This document shows, piece after piece, positions 1 to 11,384 of a stretch of 64,000 nt of DNA. Under the pieces are notes generated by a model. That model was not told the DNA's origin and made no database searches. It saw only the letters and a list, made by a program, of their open reading frames with translations. The stretch's first letter is position 1. Each line of letters begins with the position of its first letter. Origin of the DNA: Phoronis australis (taxonomy: Eukaryota > Animalia > Phoronida); NCBI GenBank assembly GCA_002633005.1, contig NMRA01000253.1, forward strand, positions 445,251 through 509,250, written 5' to 3'. Position numbers and translations under genes: made by a program.

Positions 1-1092
1 CCTAACAAGAGTTGGTCAGGCATACAAGGATGGTAAGAACAGCACTGCAAGCTAGAACAGTTTAAGATGTTAAACTCTGGAATCTCGGCTGCCCCGATCA
101 ACGTGGAGCTGGGCCTTTTATAGCATCCAAGGTCACGAGTGCATTGACTGACGGAGGGTCGTCATACTCTGAACTAGAGCCAGAGTTACATTATACAGCG
201 TCCCATATGTATGGCAATCCAAGCAACACAATTAGACTCCGGAATCATTGCACAAGTCATGAATTAGTCAAAGTACTGTTAGCCTAACATGACAAGTGAG
301 GCAGATACCTCTGCAGGTAGTTAATCAGATATCCAGAAAGTTGCGGGGCATGCGCCCCTCATAACGTGTTACAATTCCTGTTATGTTCATAACAGAGTTG
401 TTCAACGCCAGACACAAAGACTTTTCTTTCCTTTCGAAAATCCCACAAAAATCCTGCGGTCTGACACATGCACTTTCTAGTTCATGACCTCTCGTAACCA
501 GTGGCGGCAAATCGCTCGCCATTCGTGTGACGTCAGCAACTGTAGAATGGGGGTCATACAATAGGTTCTTGTTCAAGCTTTCGAACTCCCTCCGGTGGCA
601 AAGTGAAAGAAATAACCAATCAGATGCAACACGTGACAAAGAGAAGAATGAGCCAATCAGGTGAAGCCTGTGAGACCATACCGTTTCACAAGTGCTTTTG
701 ACCCCAGATTATAGCTCGATCTTTCGCGTTGACGTTCAATATCAGCCCTACTTTTGGCCATTTTCTATTTTCGCCTACTCTTCAGTCAACGGTTCCTCTT
801 TCACGAGATTGCGTACATGTCCCACCAAATTATAGGTAATGGTGTCATTTCATTTTTTTCTATGTTAGTACCAAACCTAACTTGAATTTCACTGAAGTAC
901 AAACTTTGCTGCTGCGAAGCTACCACCATCTTCCGAGAGATGTCGCAATGCATTTAGGAAGTGGGTCGTGAGCGTACCGTTTCTTTGTTGAAAAAGGTGG
1001 AAAATTACGCAAGAAAATGACGTTAATTTCAGCGTTTTTTACTTGTAACGGGCAAGATGAGTACCAATTTACTTCAGATCTTGCATCCCGTG

Positions 1093-1252
1093 CAAGGGCG
1101 GATCCAGGATTTAGAGTTAGGGGGCCAGGACAGAGTATTAGCCAGGATTTTGCGCGTCAGTCATTTGCACCCCCCAAAACTGCCACATGGAATCTAAGAG
1201 AATTTTAGGGAGGTTTGGCCCCTTGCCTCCCCCCTCTGTAAAGCTGCCACTG
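1093..1252. mobile_element. Short non-autonomous DNA transposon (MITE), CA(A/G)TGGCGGATC-type termini
   Basis: Termini caagggcggatcc...gctgccactg, flanked by a 5-bp direct repeat CCGTG (1088-1092, 1253-1257). Same terminal motif as 7417-7729 and 10132-10283. Confidence 0.6.
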
Positions 1253-1807
1253 CCGTGGTACGTGATGTGAATTTCTAGACGTTTGTAGTAATGCTTTTGT
1301 AGTTACGTATTCGCCGCAAAATTATGGGTCATTGAGTGCACATAATTGTTAAGATACCTATCCATATACAAAACTGAAGTTGTTTTGAACTTTGATGCCT
1401 GATTTTTATATAGACGGCATCTTAAGCACTAAGCGGGCAAAAGGCAAACATTTTTACTTTTTAGAAAAACCCAGTACTACCAAATCACACTGAACAAGAA
1501 CCATCTGTAAGTGGTTCCTCAGCTGCCAATACGGGGGTGCGTTCGTACCTTTCACATCCCTTGGCTACAGGCAAGCAATTCTGTCCACATTTTCCAAATT
1601 GCGAGACAGAAAGCGCCGCTGCCCAATTTATGTGTAACCGCGTAATGATGCACCAGGCGTACTTGTCAATTTTGCGGTAATGGTACACATGTACGCTATC
1701 GCCCACAGTAAAAATGTGGCGAACTGTGTGTATGAGTGCCTACACCAGTGCTCGGCGACTTTGTCTCAAGAAAAAAGTATATCTAGGAGTGTATGTATTT
1801 CGAGGCA

Positions 1808-2030
1808 CTAGGCGTGGGGTCTAGGTGTAATCCTTGAACTCGACATCGAATTCCAATTTAGTTTTCCTGGGATTTTTGTACAAACTCAAGATAAGTGTTA
1901 ATTATTCAGTACTAAAGTAAATTATATTTTAATAAGAGAGCTCATGTTCCAGTTTGCAATGGGTAATCCTTAGATCTGAGCCACGAAGTCGAGAAAAATC
2001 GATATTTCGAGTTCAGACTCCAACGCCTAG
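1808..2030. mobile_element. Small MITE-like inverted-repeat element
   Basis: Terminal inverted repeat ctaggcgtggggtct ... agactccaacgcctag. No clear TSD. Confidence 0.45.
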
Positions 2031-2059
2031 CTTTAACGCTGTGGTCACAAGTTAGGCTA

Positions 2060-3135
2060 AGACGGTAAACGACCCTAGAATAATTTACACTTAAATGGAG
2101 TTCGGAAAAAGTAGAATCGAAAATGACATAATAATGACGAGATGGGTTTGAGAAGAACGATTAGACCTCATGTTAAGATATGCAGTGACAGATTGACGTT
2201 AAAAAGTGGCCCAAAAGGTCTTTAACACATTTAAAAATAGCTTTGTGATGAAGTCTGGAAGAAAGTTAACTTGTAACTTCTACAAATTACTTACTTTCAT
2301 GTAACGCGTTTCGTTTTGGTAAGGCCAGTTATAGTTTTATCGCTGATCCGGTTACGAATTAGATTTGGGAAAGAGTTTTTCGAAATGTTGGAGAATTGAT
2401 TAGAATTTTCACTATTAACAATGCAATGAGTCCCAACGAACCAATTTGGTAAAATCTCAGTTGACAAGAAGTATAACTACATTTTATGAAGGTTGATATG
2501 CCAAGGGCATTGTACATATTTAAGATTTGTTAGATTCTAATAGTGACTTGATGTCTTACGAAGACTTTTGTAATTATTATGGATTCTGTCCACCATTCAT
2601 TATATTTATGGGCGTGCGATGAGTTGTTCGTAATTGACTTAACCATGGTGATTCGTCCACAAGCATTCTTCCTCACTGCTTACCACTTTTACTTAACACA
2701 TGTTATAAAACAATGTGCATAAGTTTCTACAAAATAAAACAAAATTTCAAAATAAGTGGGAAGACCTTTCACGTGAATTGTGGAAAACAGTTATAAATTA
2801 AATTATTTGTTCACTAAAGACACTAATTTTAAATGGTTCCAAACAGGGCTTACTCACGGAATTGATTCTTATATAAATAGGTATAATTAAATCACCACTC
2901 CCTACATTCTCTGGCAAAGGCCCCGAGAATCTTTGCAGCCAAAACAAGGAAAGTTGTTAGCTTGAGTTTAGCAGCTGATATTTTAGAAAAGTGGGGGCTA
3001 AAATCAGTGTGGTTAATCCCCTTGTTTGTTTAGTAAAACGTCATAAACATAGAGCTGGGTTAATTTCCAAACCTCCCTACTAGCAATGGCTGAAAATTTT
3101 TAAATATCATAAGATAGAAAAGGTAATTTATTATA
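2060..3135 (+). mobile_element. Heavily decayed 3' fragment of an L1/Tx1-type LINE ORF2
   Basis: Broken frames give PIW.N, IVHI.DL and KDTNFKWFQTGLTHGI, which parallel KDTKLRWFQYRLIHRI (27292 ORF) and DVRLRWFQFRINHRI (54675 ORF). Boundaries are approximate. Confidence 0.55.
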
Positions 3136-3136
3136 T

Positions 3137-3345
3137 GAGTGGACAGTGAGGCTCAGGGATTTAATCTCTGGACTCCTGTTTGGGAGACCTGGGTTCAAAT
3201 CCTGGCTTCACTGCCTGACAATCGAACATTGCACACAAATGTCTCCTACTCCTCTGTGCTCAGTCCTACTAGAGAATGTATGCAAAGGGTTCTCTCGGGC
3301 TGTGCTCATATTTTTAATTCTACAATAAGAGCTTGAATAAACAAC
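3137..3345 (+). mobile_element. tRNA-derived SINE-like element
   Basis: gtggacagtgaggctcag...gggttcaaatcc (A-box- and B-box-like). Related heads occur at ~12760-12820 (-) and ~57704-57770 (+), inside the Kolobok copies. Confidence 0.45.
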
Positions 3346-4045
3346 AATTTAGAAAAAGATGAAACCCTCTTGAAGGACTTTTTGTCTAACAATCTCATAA
3401 TTACACGTGTGATTGTAGTCGATTCCGATGTGAACGGAATACTCTTTATTAAAATATGCTTGAGCCAGGTTGCAGGTTTAATGTTTATTGTGTTTCTTCT
3501 TCAAGTTATGGTTTAGCAAACAATAAAGGTATCAGAAAAGATATGCAATGGCTGCAGAAATTAATGGAGAGGATTAAGCGAAAACCGAGTTTCTGCATTT
3601 GACGTCCTGGGCATGCACTCCGAGCCTTTGTTCACGACTTCGCATACATCTGTCGGTCTCTGTTATTTGAAGTGTGTGCCTGACGATTGGTGGTCTGATA
3701 TGACTTTTCCAGCTAGAAGTATATCAATTTGTCATACACGACAATGACAATTCGAGTGTATAGACAGTGGTAAAAACGTGGTCTGCGAAGTCTTGCACGA
3801 AACATCGGAGCGTTTTTTTTAAAACTTGCACTGCGGTAGCATTATCATTGTTCTATTGGAAGTGAAACGGTAGATGATGGTCAGGGTGCGACAGTTGCAT
3901 GGGAATCAGAGTTATCACGCATTTCAAACACTCAGGTTTGAAGGCATCCTGAAGTAACCAATTTTGGAGTCACTATGGCAGTAAACAGTTTTCCCAAAAG
4001 TGTAATTTTCCTGAAACTTAGCGTCCTGTCCCATGACAAGTCTTT

Positions 4046-4120
4046 TCACGGTTCCACGGTTACGTTGTCAATTGCAATGTCGCTTCGAGGTCCATTCCCG
4101 ATAACTGCTCCAAAAACAAT
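4046..4120 (-). CDS. Terminal coding exon, C-terminal strand of the MAM domain
   Basis: Acceptor TTTTACAG, phase 0, matching the upstream phase-0 donor. Translates IVFGAVIGNGPRSDIAIDNVTVEP*, which fits the MAM I.FE...G...DIAIDDI motif. Stop is TGA at 4046-4048. Confidence 0.85.
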   Translation of the reverse strand: MVFGAVIGNGPRSDIAIDNVTVEP

Positions 4121-4457
4121 CTGTAAAAGAACCGATTGTGATTATTTGCCGACTACAAGGCATTTCCTACCAATGGGCGTATCGTAAATCATTACACTGG
4201 GGTGATTAATTGCGCAACGAGTATAATAGACATTGAATTCCTTACGTAGATAAGGACGCCGTCGATTGACGAACAACATCAGATAGTCTGATCTAAATAA
4301 TAACAAGAACTCATTGTCGTTATCATCCTCATTATCGATATTCAAATAAAACTACGTAAGAATAGAAATTCGTATTAGTATTAGTATTAGTATTAACGGC
4401 ACTTAGTACTGGTGTCACTCTTACATGGTTCCAGCATTGGTATTACATTGTTTTTAC

Positions 4458-4711
4458 CTTGAACGATCGGCCACTGATGCTAAAATTGACATTATGCTTT
4501 ATCCACTCATTGCCTTTATCTCCTTGCAACTGAGAGAGAGGAACGTAAAAGTTGTCGCCCTGAACAGCAATTTTCAGTATTCCCATATTTGATCCGAACA
4601 TGTAGGAAGCGAACCTGAGACACACAAGTGTATCCGAAGGATAGCTTCTTGTTGAAACAAGTTTGGCTACCTTGCCGTAATTTCCAGAAGCCTCCACATA
4701 TAGATAGTGAC
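4458..4711 (-). CDS. MAM domain core exon
   Basis: Acceptor TTTTTCTAG, donor AAG|GTAAAA, 254 nt (phase 1 to phase 0). Translates GHYLYVEAS...VCLRFASYMFGSNMGILKI...GDKGNEW...SFK, typical MAM motifs. Confidence 0.9.
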
Positions 4712-5058
4712 CTAGAAAAACAAAAACCTGCATGAACAAGCATTTGGGTTGACCAAATTGCACCTCGCCACCTCTGTCGATATGCCCGAAACTATTCCAT
4801 GCACAGCACGTGACAGGATTGACGGGGAAGTTGTACATAGGTATACCATTGCCGCTTACGATGCTGCAACTGCAAGGCACGCAACGCGACATTTTAGCCT
4901 AGAGACAGATAAGTAGCCTACTTTCAAAACCACGAGGTCAAACTTTTATATGTACTTTTGATGTTTGCAGTGTACTGTAAGGATTCTGGAAATTTCTCAG
5001 ATCAGATTATAACACGTACATGTAGTTGTATGATTAGAAATTAATTACCGCTAATTAC

Positions 5059-5208
5059 CTGTCGCAGGCAGAGTCATTTACGATGTGCGGCGGCACTAAT
5101 CGTCTCACCACACTTCCACCCTCACAGCAGGAGACGCAAACTTCCATTATTGAAATTGGCAATTAGCTGTTGGTTTTTCAGTTGCCTTTGTAGGCCCCTC
5201 AGGCACAT
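5059..5208 (-). pseudogene. Putative decayed linker + MAM N-terminal exon
   Basis: TTTGTTAG acceptor, CAG|GTAATT donor, 150 nt. The phase-1 frame reads DVPEGPTKATEKPTANCQFQ*. A shifted frame reads NFNNGSL...*GW, resembling MAM C.F....CGW. It lies directly upstream of the MAM core exon. Confidence 0.4.
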
Positions 5209-6345
5209 CTAACAAATAAAATTCCAGAGTTCATGATGTAGGTCCCGTCACCATAGGTAGACCAATTGAAGAGTGCCTCGCCAAAAGCTCGATGTCAAAG
5301 ACGTACAGATTGAGAGTGTTGTTTTCGTTAGATGCCCTAGTGAGGTGACCCGCTCTATCGGTCACTTGGACGACGGCATAACTAGGCACATAGGCCCACA
5401 ACATAGCACGGGATGGATGCTTGGCATTGAAAATGGTCCAGTAAAATGGCAGATTGCCAGAGCATATCTTGTATATAGTATATTGCAAATATGACAACGC
5501 CCGTGTTCAGATCCTGCTCAGAGAACTTGAAGAGAGCACGTCATATGTCCTCAAATTCCATTCAAATGCTGCCGGTGTATATGCTGTGGAATCCAGATCC
5601 TTACGCAAACAGTGGTTTTTCCAGAAGAGATGTGGAAGCCCTCAACCAGAGTCATTGCTGTCTGCTGAGAAGAAGCCGTCAGTTGCAACCACAATAGCAT
5701 CCTCACCTCCTAGATCATGGACTAGTTGGAAGCAGGGAGCCTCAGCAGCCACCTGACTATTCTCTTGCCTCTCTGTTGAGAGCGACAATAAATGCAGGTT
5801 GCTCCTTGACCCGACACATCACCAGACAGCCAGTCTGTAGCTGTAGCAATGGAGTGCACACCAAACAGATCGATGGTGGCACATACCGCCGTCAAGGTCC
5901 AAGAATCCTTGATTTACCTGTGGCGAGGAGCCATGCTGGTAGATCTAGTTGGTCGGAGGTTGTACGACTGAAGGATAGCAGCTGGAGTCATGACTCGCTT
6001 AAAACTCACTGAAACTTGATTGAGAAGAGGGTGCATGGGGCATGTTACTGTGTCTCTCCGCTGTTGACTCTGTATGACCACAACACTATGAATACCCCTG
6101 AGATACCGCAGAGGCGCACTGGAAGTATCGATATGACATTACCATGAGTTTTTACTAAGCAAGTGTATTATTATAATTGAGGCACAAGACTGGGAGACAG
6201 TCAGGTGGGATTTGGTATTTGAGACTTGACAAGGGCAAGTATTTATGAGCAGGAAGTTAACTATGAGCTAGCCACTTGCATCGTGGGTAGTAATATACTG
6301 CCTACACGTTCTGCGTCACGACGGACTGTGACCAGAAAGAGAAAT

Positions 6346-8682
6346 AATTGACCTATCGCCAGGATTATGACGGACGGCTTAATTGACCAATCAGAACGCA
6401 ACATTCTTGGCACACCTTCGTCTGCGTTTCCAAGCCGCCATTTTACCCGACAAACCACACGTAGTCGAATAAAACTTACTTTAGTCTATACCTCAAGAAA
6501 TTGTCCGCTTCGAATGAGGAAACGGTGCTGATATGGCGTGTGTAGCACCGAAAGCCGTTACGCTGCTCCAGAATAATATCCCGTCATTTGTGGCATGTCC
6601 TAAGCCGAAAAATGATGTTGAAAAGCGTAAACTATGGATAAACTGTACGGCCACACGAGCAGCTGAACTCATGGCGATATTGCTTGATAACTCGAAGGCT
6701 ATAATAAGCACAAATATATTAGTTCCAAGATACGCACTTTTCAGGTCAATTGACCTACCACAAGTTCCGCCCCTATGCGAAAAGTCACATGATACCCGAC
6801 AATCGAACCAGATGTCAGAGGCTAATACACTGTCGCTAAACGATGTTCCTGGTGGAATCGATGAGTGTTTTGCACTATTTGAAAACGCTTCGACAGAGAC
6901 AAGAGGCGATACTTTTCAACAGAAAATCGTACGTTCATGATATGGGAATTTGTAAAGGTGACGATGAAAAAATAAGTGCTGGAGGAGCCTGCGAAAATCC
7001 GAAGAACCTCTCGGCCTCGGGGCCACCTTCACCTGACAAATGGCTAGGCCACGGATACGATATGTTCTTGTAAAGCTGGGTATGTACCTTAAAGTCGAAT
7101 TATCTGTACGATTCCATAGATATCATGATCTTTCGAATAAAATCAGTGAAGATTCACCGATATTTTTATTCTGTCGTCTGCTAAATTTCGCCAAATGAAA
7201 AGTAGGTCACAACTGGTGGGACTCCTGGAGTAAAGTAGGTCATAGATTACAGACAGCACATGCACTATAGTCTCTGATTTGATCGACTCGATAGCTTTTC
7301 TAATCTTGTAACGAAATATTTTGATAAAAAAATCCAGGTTCATAGTTCAGGTACACACTCATCTCGTCGTTCGGTAGGTCTAGGACTGTGTCTAAGTAAA
7401 ATTAATGTCTGGAGTTCAGTGGCGGATCTAGGATACCACAGGGGGGCCCAACATATGTTGCCTCGTGGAATTGGGCAAAGTGCGATTCTATGTGCACAGG
7501 CGGCCAGGGATGTAGACCGTTGGACACTCTCTTCAGAAAATCTATCGGTGGACTAAAATAACAGGAACACGATTCCGCCGCGATCTGGGGTCTGAGCCCC
7601 CCCCCCCCTCTTCTGCTACCGGTCCTAGTTACTGAACTCAATATTTCCTCACGGTCTTGCTGTTTCATTTTGCTTGTGGCAGCCAAGGGGGGAACTGGGG
7701 CCCCTGCCCCACCCCTAAATCCGTCTATGGAATTGCCGGTTGCACCATTAAGACATTTAAATTAGGCCTACCTTCTTATGAACTTGGCATTTTTGTAGTT
7801 TCATCCCATAAAGGTAGCTTTCATTTAATTTTGAAGGTAGCATGGATCACTAATTCGTGGTATGGTTACAAAAGATTACAAGTCTGGTGTGGTAGTTGCA
7901 AAAATAGAGTATTTACAAAAATAACTCAAATTCTTTTTTAAAGCTTCATAAATCTAACAGCTCGACCAAGGCTTTGAGTTCCGACAGTAATCCAGTGCCC
8001 TTCCCTTTGCCGATCGAATCTCTGAATTTTGACCGGGAAAGAAGTTCAGTTGAACGCCAGCTTACGGTTTATGAATAACAAAACTGTACCTCTGATACGA
8101 AGCAAAATAATGTCCATTAGATTGAAATAAATAAAAAAACATAAAATAAAAATTTCCTTGAAAACAACAATTTCCGGGGACTACCGCTAGAGTGCTGAGA
8201 TCCAGCAGGTGCCGAGACAAAGGCGGCCAGACGTAGCAAACTCGGGAGTCAAAATCTGAGATAGTCCTGCAGCATAGCCCCCAAGCTGAAAAGTGCGTAT
8301 CTTGGAACTAATATATTTGTGTTTATTATAGCCTTCGAGTTATCAAGAAATATCGCTCATGTCCCGCTGCTCGTGTGGCCGTACAGTTTGATCCATAGTT
8401 TACGCTTTTCAACATCATTTTTCGGCTTAGGACATGCCAAAAAATGACGGAATATTATTCTGGAGCAGCATAACGGCTGTCGGTGGTACACACGTCATAT
8501 CAACACCGTTTCCCCATTCTTAGCGGACAATTTCTTGAGCTATAGACTAAAGTAAGTTTTACTCGACTGCGTGTGGTTTGTCGGGTAAAATGGTGGCTTG
8601 GAAACGCAGACGGTGTGCCAAGAATGCTGCGTTCTGATTGGTCAATTAAGCCGTCCCTCATAATCCTGGCAATAGGTCAATT
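6346..8682. mobile_element. Non-autonomous DNA transposon with ~395-bp terminal inverted repeats that carry a decayed THAP-like sequence
   Basis: 6350-6744 is the reverse complement of 8286-8678, with AATT on both sides. The TIR translates M(R/G)KRC*YGVC..DSRY...PKPKNDVEKRKLWI...HKYISSK (THAP-like, broken). Confidence 0.8.
7417..7729. mobile_element. MITE (CAGTGGCGGATC termini) nested in the long-TIR element
   Basis: cagtggcggatctag...taaatccgtctatg, flanked by GAGTT/GAATT (5 bp, 1 mismatch). Confidence 0.55.
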
Positions 8683-10131
8683 GGGGATATTCAGATAGTG
8701 CCTACACTTGTCGTTGGGTCACGAAGGACTTTGGCCAGCGTAGTGCATCATGGGTAGGACGATATACAGAATTGTGTTGCGCCACGAAGTACAACGTCGC
8801 ATTACAGCGTGTATTATTACGAGGATCGACCAACAGGACTGGATAGCAGACGTTTGATTGTTTACAGAGGGCGCTAGCGTACTCTCTCTTCTTCATTTTC
8901 GTGTGCTTAAAGTGTAATTTGCAAGGTCCAAGTATGTTAAATTGCAATAATATCTTCAAGGTATTGCTATTTGGATGTATTTTATTCAAATCATCGTATT
9001 ATTGTATCTTTAGTTATTTAAAAAAGCGAAAACAAGAAAATGCGCGAAAAGTTGACCTTTGACACCGTGACATGGTGTTGGGGAACACAAACCAGGTCAT
9101 ATCCCACAATGCAGTTCACTGCTATTATATCTCAGTACACGAAGAACAAAGACCGTTCAACCTTGGCGTGTTTTAGCCATGGTGCATCGGTGTGTGTGTG
9201 TGCTAACTATTTTAACACCACCCAGGTGGAAGGCATGAGCCCATTTAAATTCTAAAAAGACAAGCATCTGGCTGCGTAATGGCAGGTTTTCGTGTGCTCT
9301 GCTCGTCTTTTGAAAATGACTGTCGAGTCAGCCATCTGTCGAAGCCGAAATATGCTCCATTTTGAGGACGGCTGCTTTGACGACAAACACATCATGATGG
9401 TTGAAGGTGGTCTTATAAAAAGGTAAGTTACCTTGAGAATTTTTATGTCTAATAATTCATGACGCTTTCGCAGGGCCTGAACAATAACAATATCTTTTTT
9501 CACAATCACCGTAGTTCTCAAGTGTTTAAAATCTGTTGTTTTTCCGTGAAAGATTTAGTTATAAATGGATCAGTGAAACTAAAAGCCACAACAAATGAAG
9601 CTGATCTCAAAAGATGCATGTATTTTGAAAAGAATGCAGACTAAGAATAAAGTAAAACAGGATGGTAACTCAATTCCAAGGTTTTGATTATTAAAGTAGT
9701 CTATTTCAAAAAAAACAGGATTAAAATCTAGTTTTGGCATTTGCATGAAGGTTATAAAAGAAGGCGAAAACTTGCAATTAGATATCATCGTGTTTTACTT
9801 TAATCATGGACAACTCTGGATTCAAAATATTTTTTAGAAATTGATGCCCCTCCAATGCCGACTGCTGGTGCTCCAGATGTGTCCAAGGAGGTTGCACAGA
9901 TAAATTCAGACTTGGTGCTTTGTCAATGGACAGCACTGGAATTTTTTTCCGTCACATATTTAACAGTCACTATCAATGTTTTAGATCAAAGTTTTGATAG
10001 TGGTACAGATAGCAATGCCAGAGTGTTTATAGTACCAGTAGTGGAAATTGTGAAAAGCTTTTGTGTGTGGTATTTGGCTGTCCCATTTGTATAGATAAAC
10101 CCAGTGATATACTATGTTCTTATATTGAAAC

Positions 10132-10283
10132 TAGTGGCAGATATAGAGGGGGGAGCCATGCCCCCCCCCTAAAATTCTTCCAGATTCCATTTGACAGTTT
10201 GGGGGTGCGAATGTCTGACGGGAAAATCCTGGCTAATACCGTGCCCTGGCCCCCCCTAACTCAAAATCCTGGATCCGCACCTG
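10132..10283. mobile_element. MITE nested within the Kolobok (also present in copy 2 at ~60181-60288)
   Basis: tagtggcagat...ggatccgcacctg with a 5-bp TSD GAAAC (10127-10131, 10284-10288). Confidence 0.6.
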
Positions 10284-11384
10284 GAAACATTTCAATAGTT
10301 TTTCAATACAATGACTATAAATATTGTGGCATAGCTTTTTTAAGTATATTTGATTTGCACTAAACTGTTGCTGTCCCATACAGTGGGTCGGTAAAGGAAG
10401 ACTTTCTTAAGTGGGGGTGAAAAGGTACTTGTTTGGGTCGTCAGTCTTTTCGTGAGACAATCTCATCTAAATTGTACACAGAATAATCCCTTGCACAGAA
10501 TTCGAACATTGTCTTGGGAATTTTTGAGTGAGTGGTATAAGCACTCCCTCCAGATTTCCCAATTCCTACTCATGTGCATACTTTTTGTGTTTTCACACCA
10601 TGTCATAGACATCTAAAGCTATTGCATACTGGAGCTTTTGGGATGAGATTCAGTGGTTGCTGTGTCGTGTTATTTGATTTCTCATTGAATTACAGTAGAA
10701 CTCGCTAAGCTGTATCCAGTGAGACTGAGATATTTCATCAATGTTACAGTGATTTGGAGGCGTTACTGCGGAATAAATGCTAACCTTTCTAAAGTTCCCA
10801 CTGATGGGCTACCAATTTAGAGAGTTCTACTGTATAAGAACAGGGCAGAAGATTCAGTCTCGACTTTAGACTATGACCCAGATTCAAAACTTTTAATTTT
10901 TTATGTAACAGCCATACTGTTCAATGTGTTCGCTTCAAGCACACAAACTGGACACCAATGAGACCAATTCCCCTGTTTACCTAGGTAAACCATAAGTTCA
11001 ACTGATGTTGAGTTTAGAGGTTTATAATGTAGTCCTAGTTAAATTACACATGTCATGACCATGTTATTATAAGTAACCAGATTGATGAGCATCAATAAAT
11101 GCTGCTCGCTGTGTTAATTATTTACCATTCTGAAACCACGGAAGTCTATTCATGGAATGCCTACTTCAATTTCATGCCGCTGAGGTTGCACTGCGATTGC
11201 ATTCGTTTGTTACGATGTTTCATCTTTCTATGTAATTTGTCACTACAACTTTTTGCAACTCGCTTGAATTACATAAAACTAGTCCCCGAGTCACAAGTTT
11301 TTATAACAGAATACATAGGTCATGTGGAGGAGTTGGCATTCCAGGGCTAAGACAACTGTTGATATCTATAAATGGGTGAAACTT

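Noticed and set aside
325-1000. ORF 325..639 and nearby CCAAT boxes as a gene or promoter
   Set aside because: No recognisable protein motif or splice structure. Likely repeat-derived, but I could not define boundaries.
4046-4048. TGA at an expected Cys position (also *GW in 5059-5208) as possible selenocysteine
   Set aside because: No SECIS could be recognised, the upstream case also needs a frameshift, and MAM cysteines are structural disulfides. A nonsense change or a natural stop is simpler.
4712-4892. N-terminal part of ORF 4443..4892
   Set aside because: This is intron read-through upstream of the TTTTTCTAG acceptor; MAM similarity begins at GHYLY.
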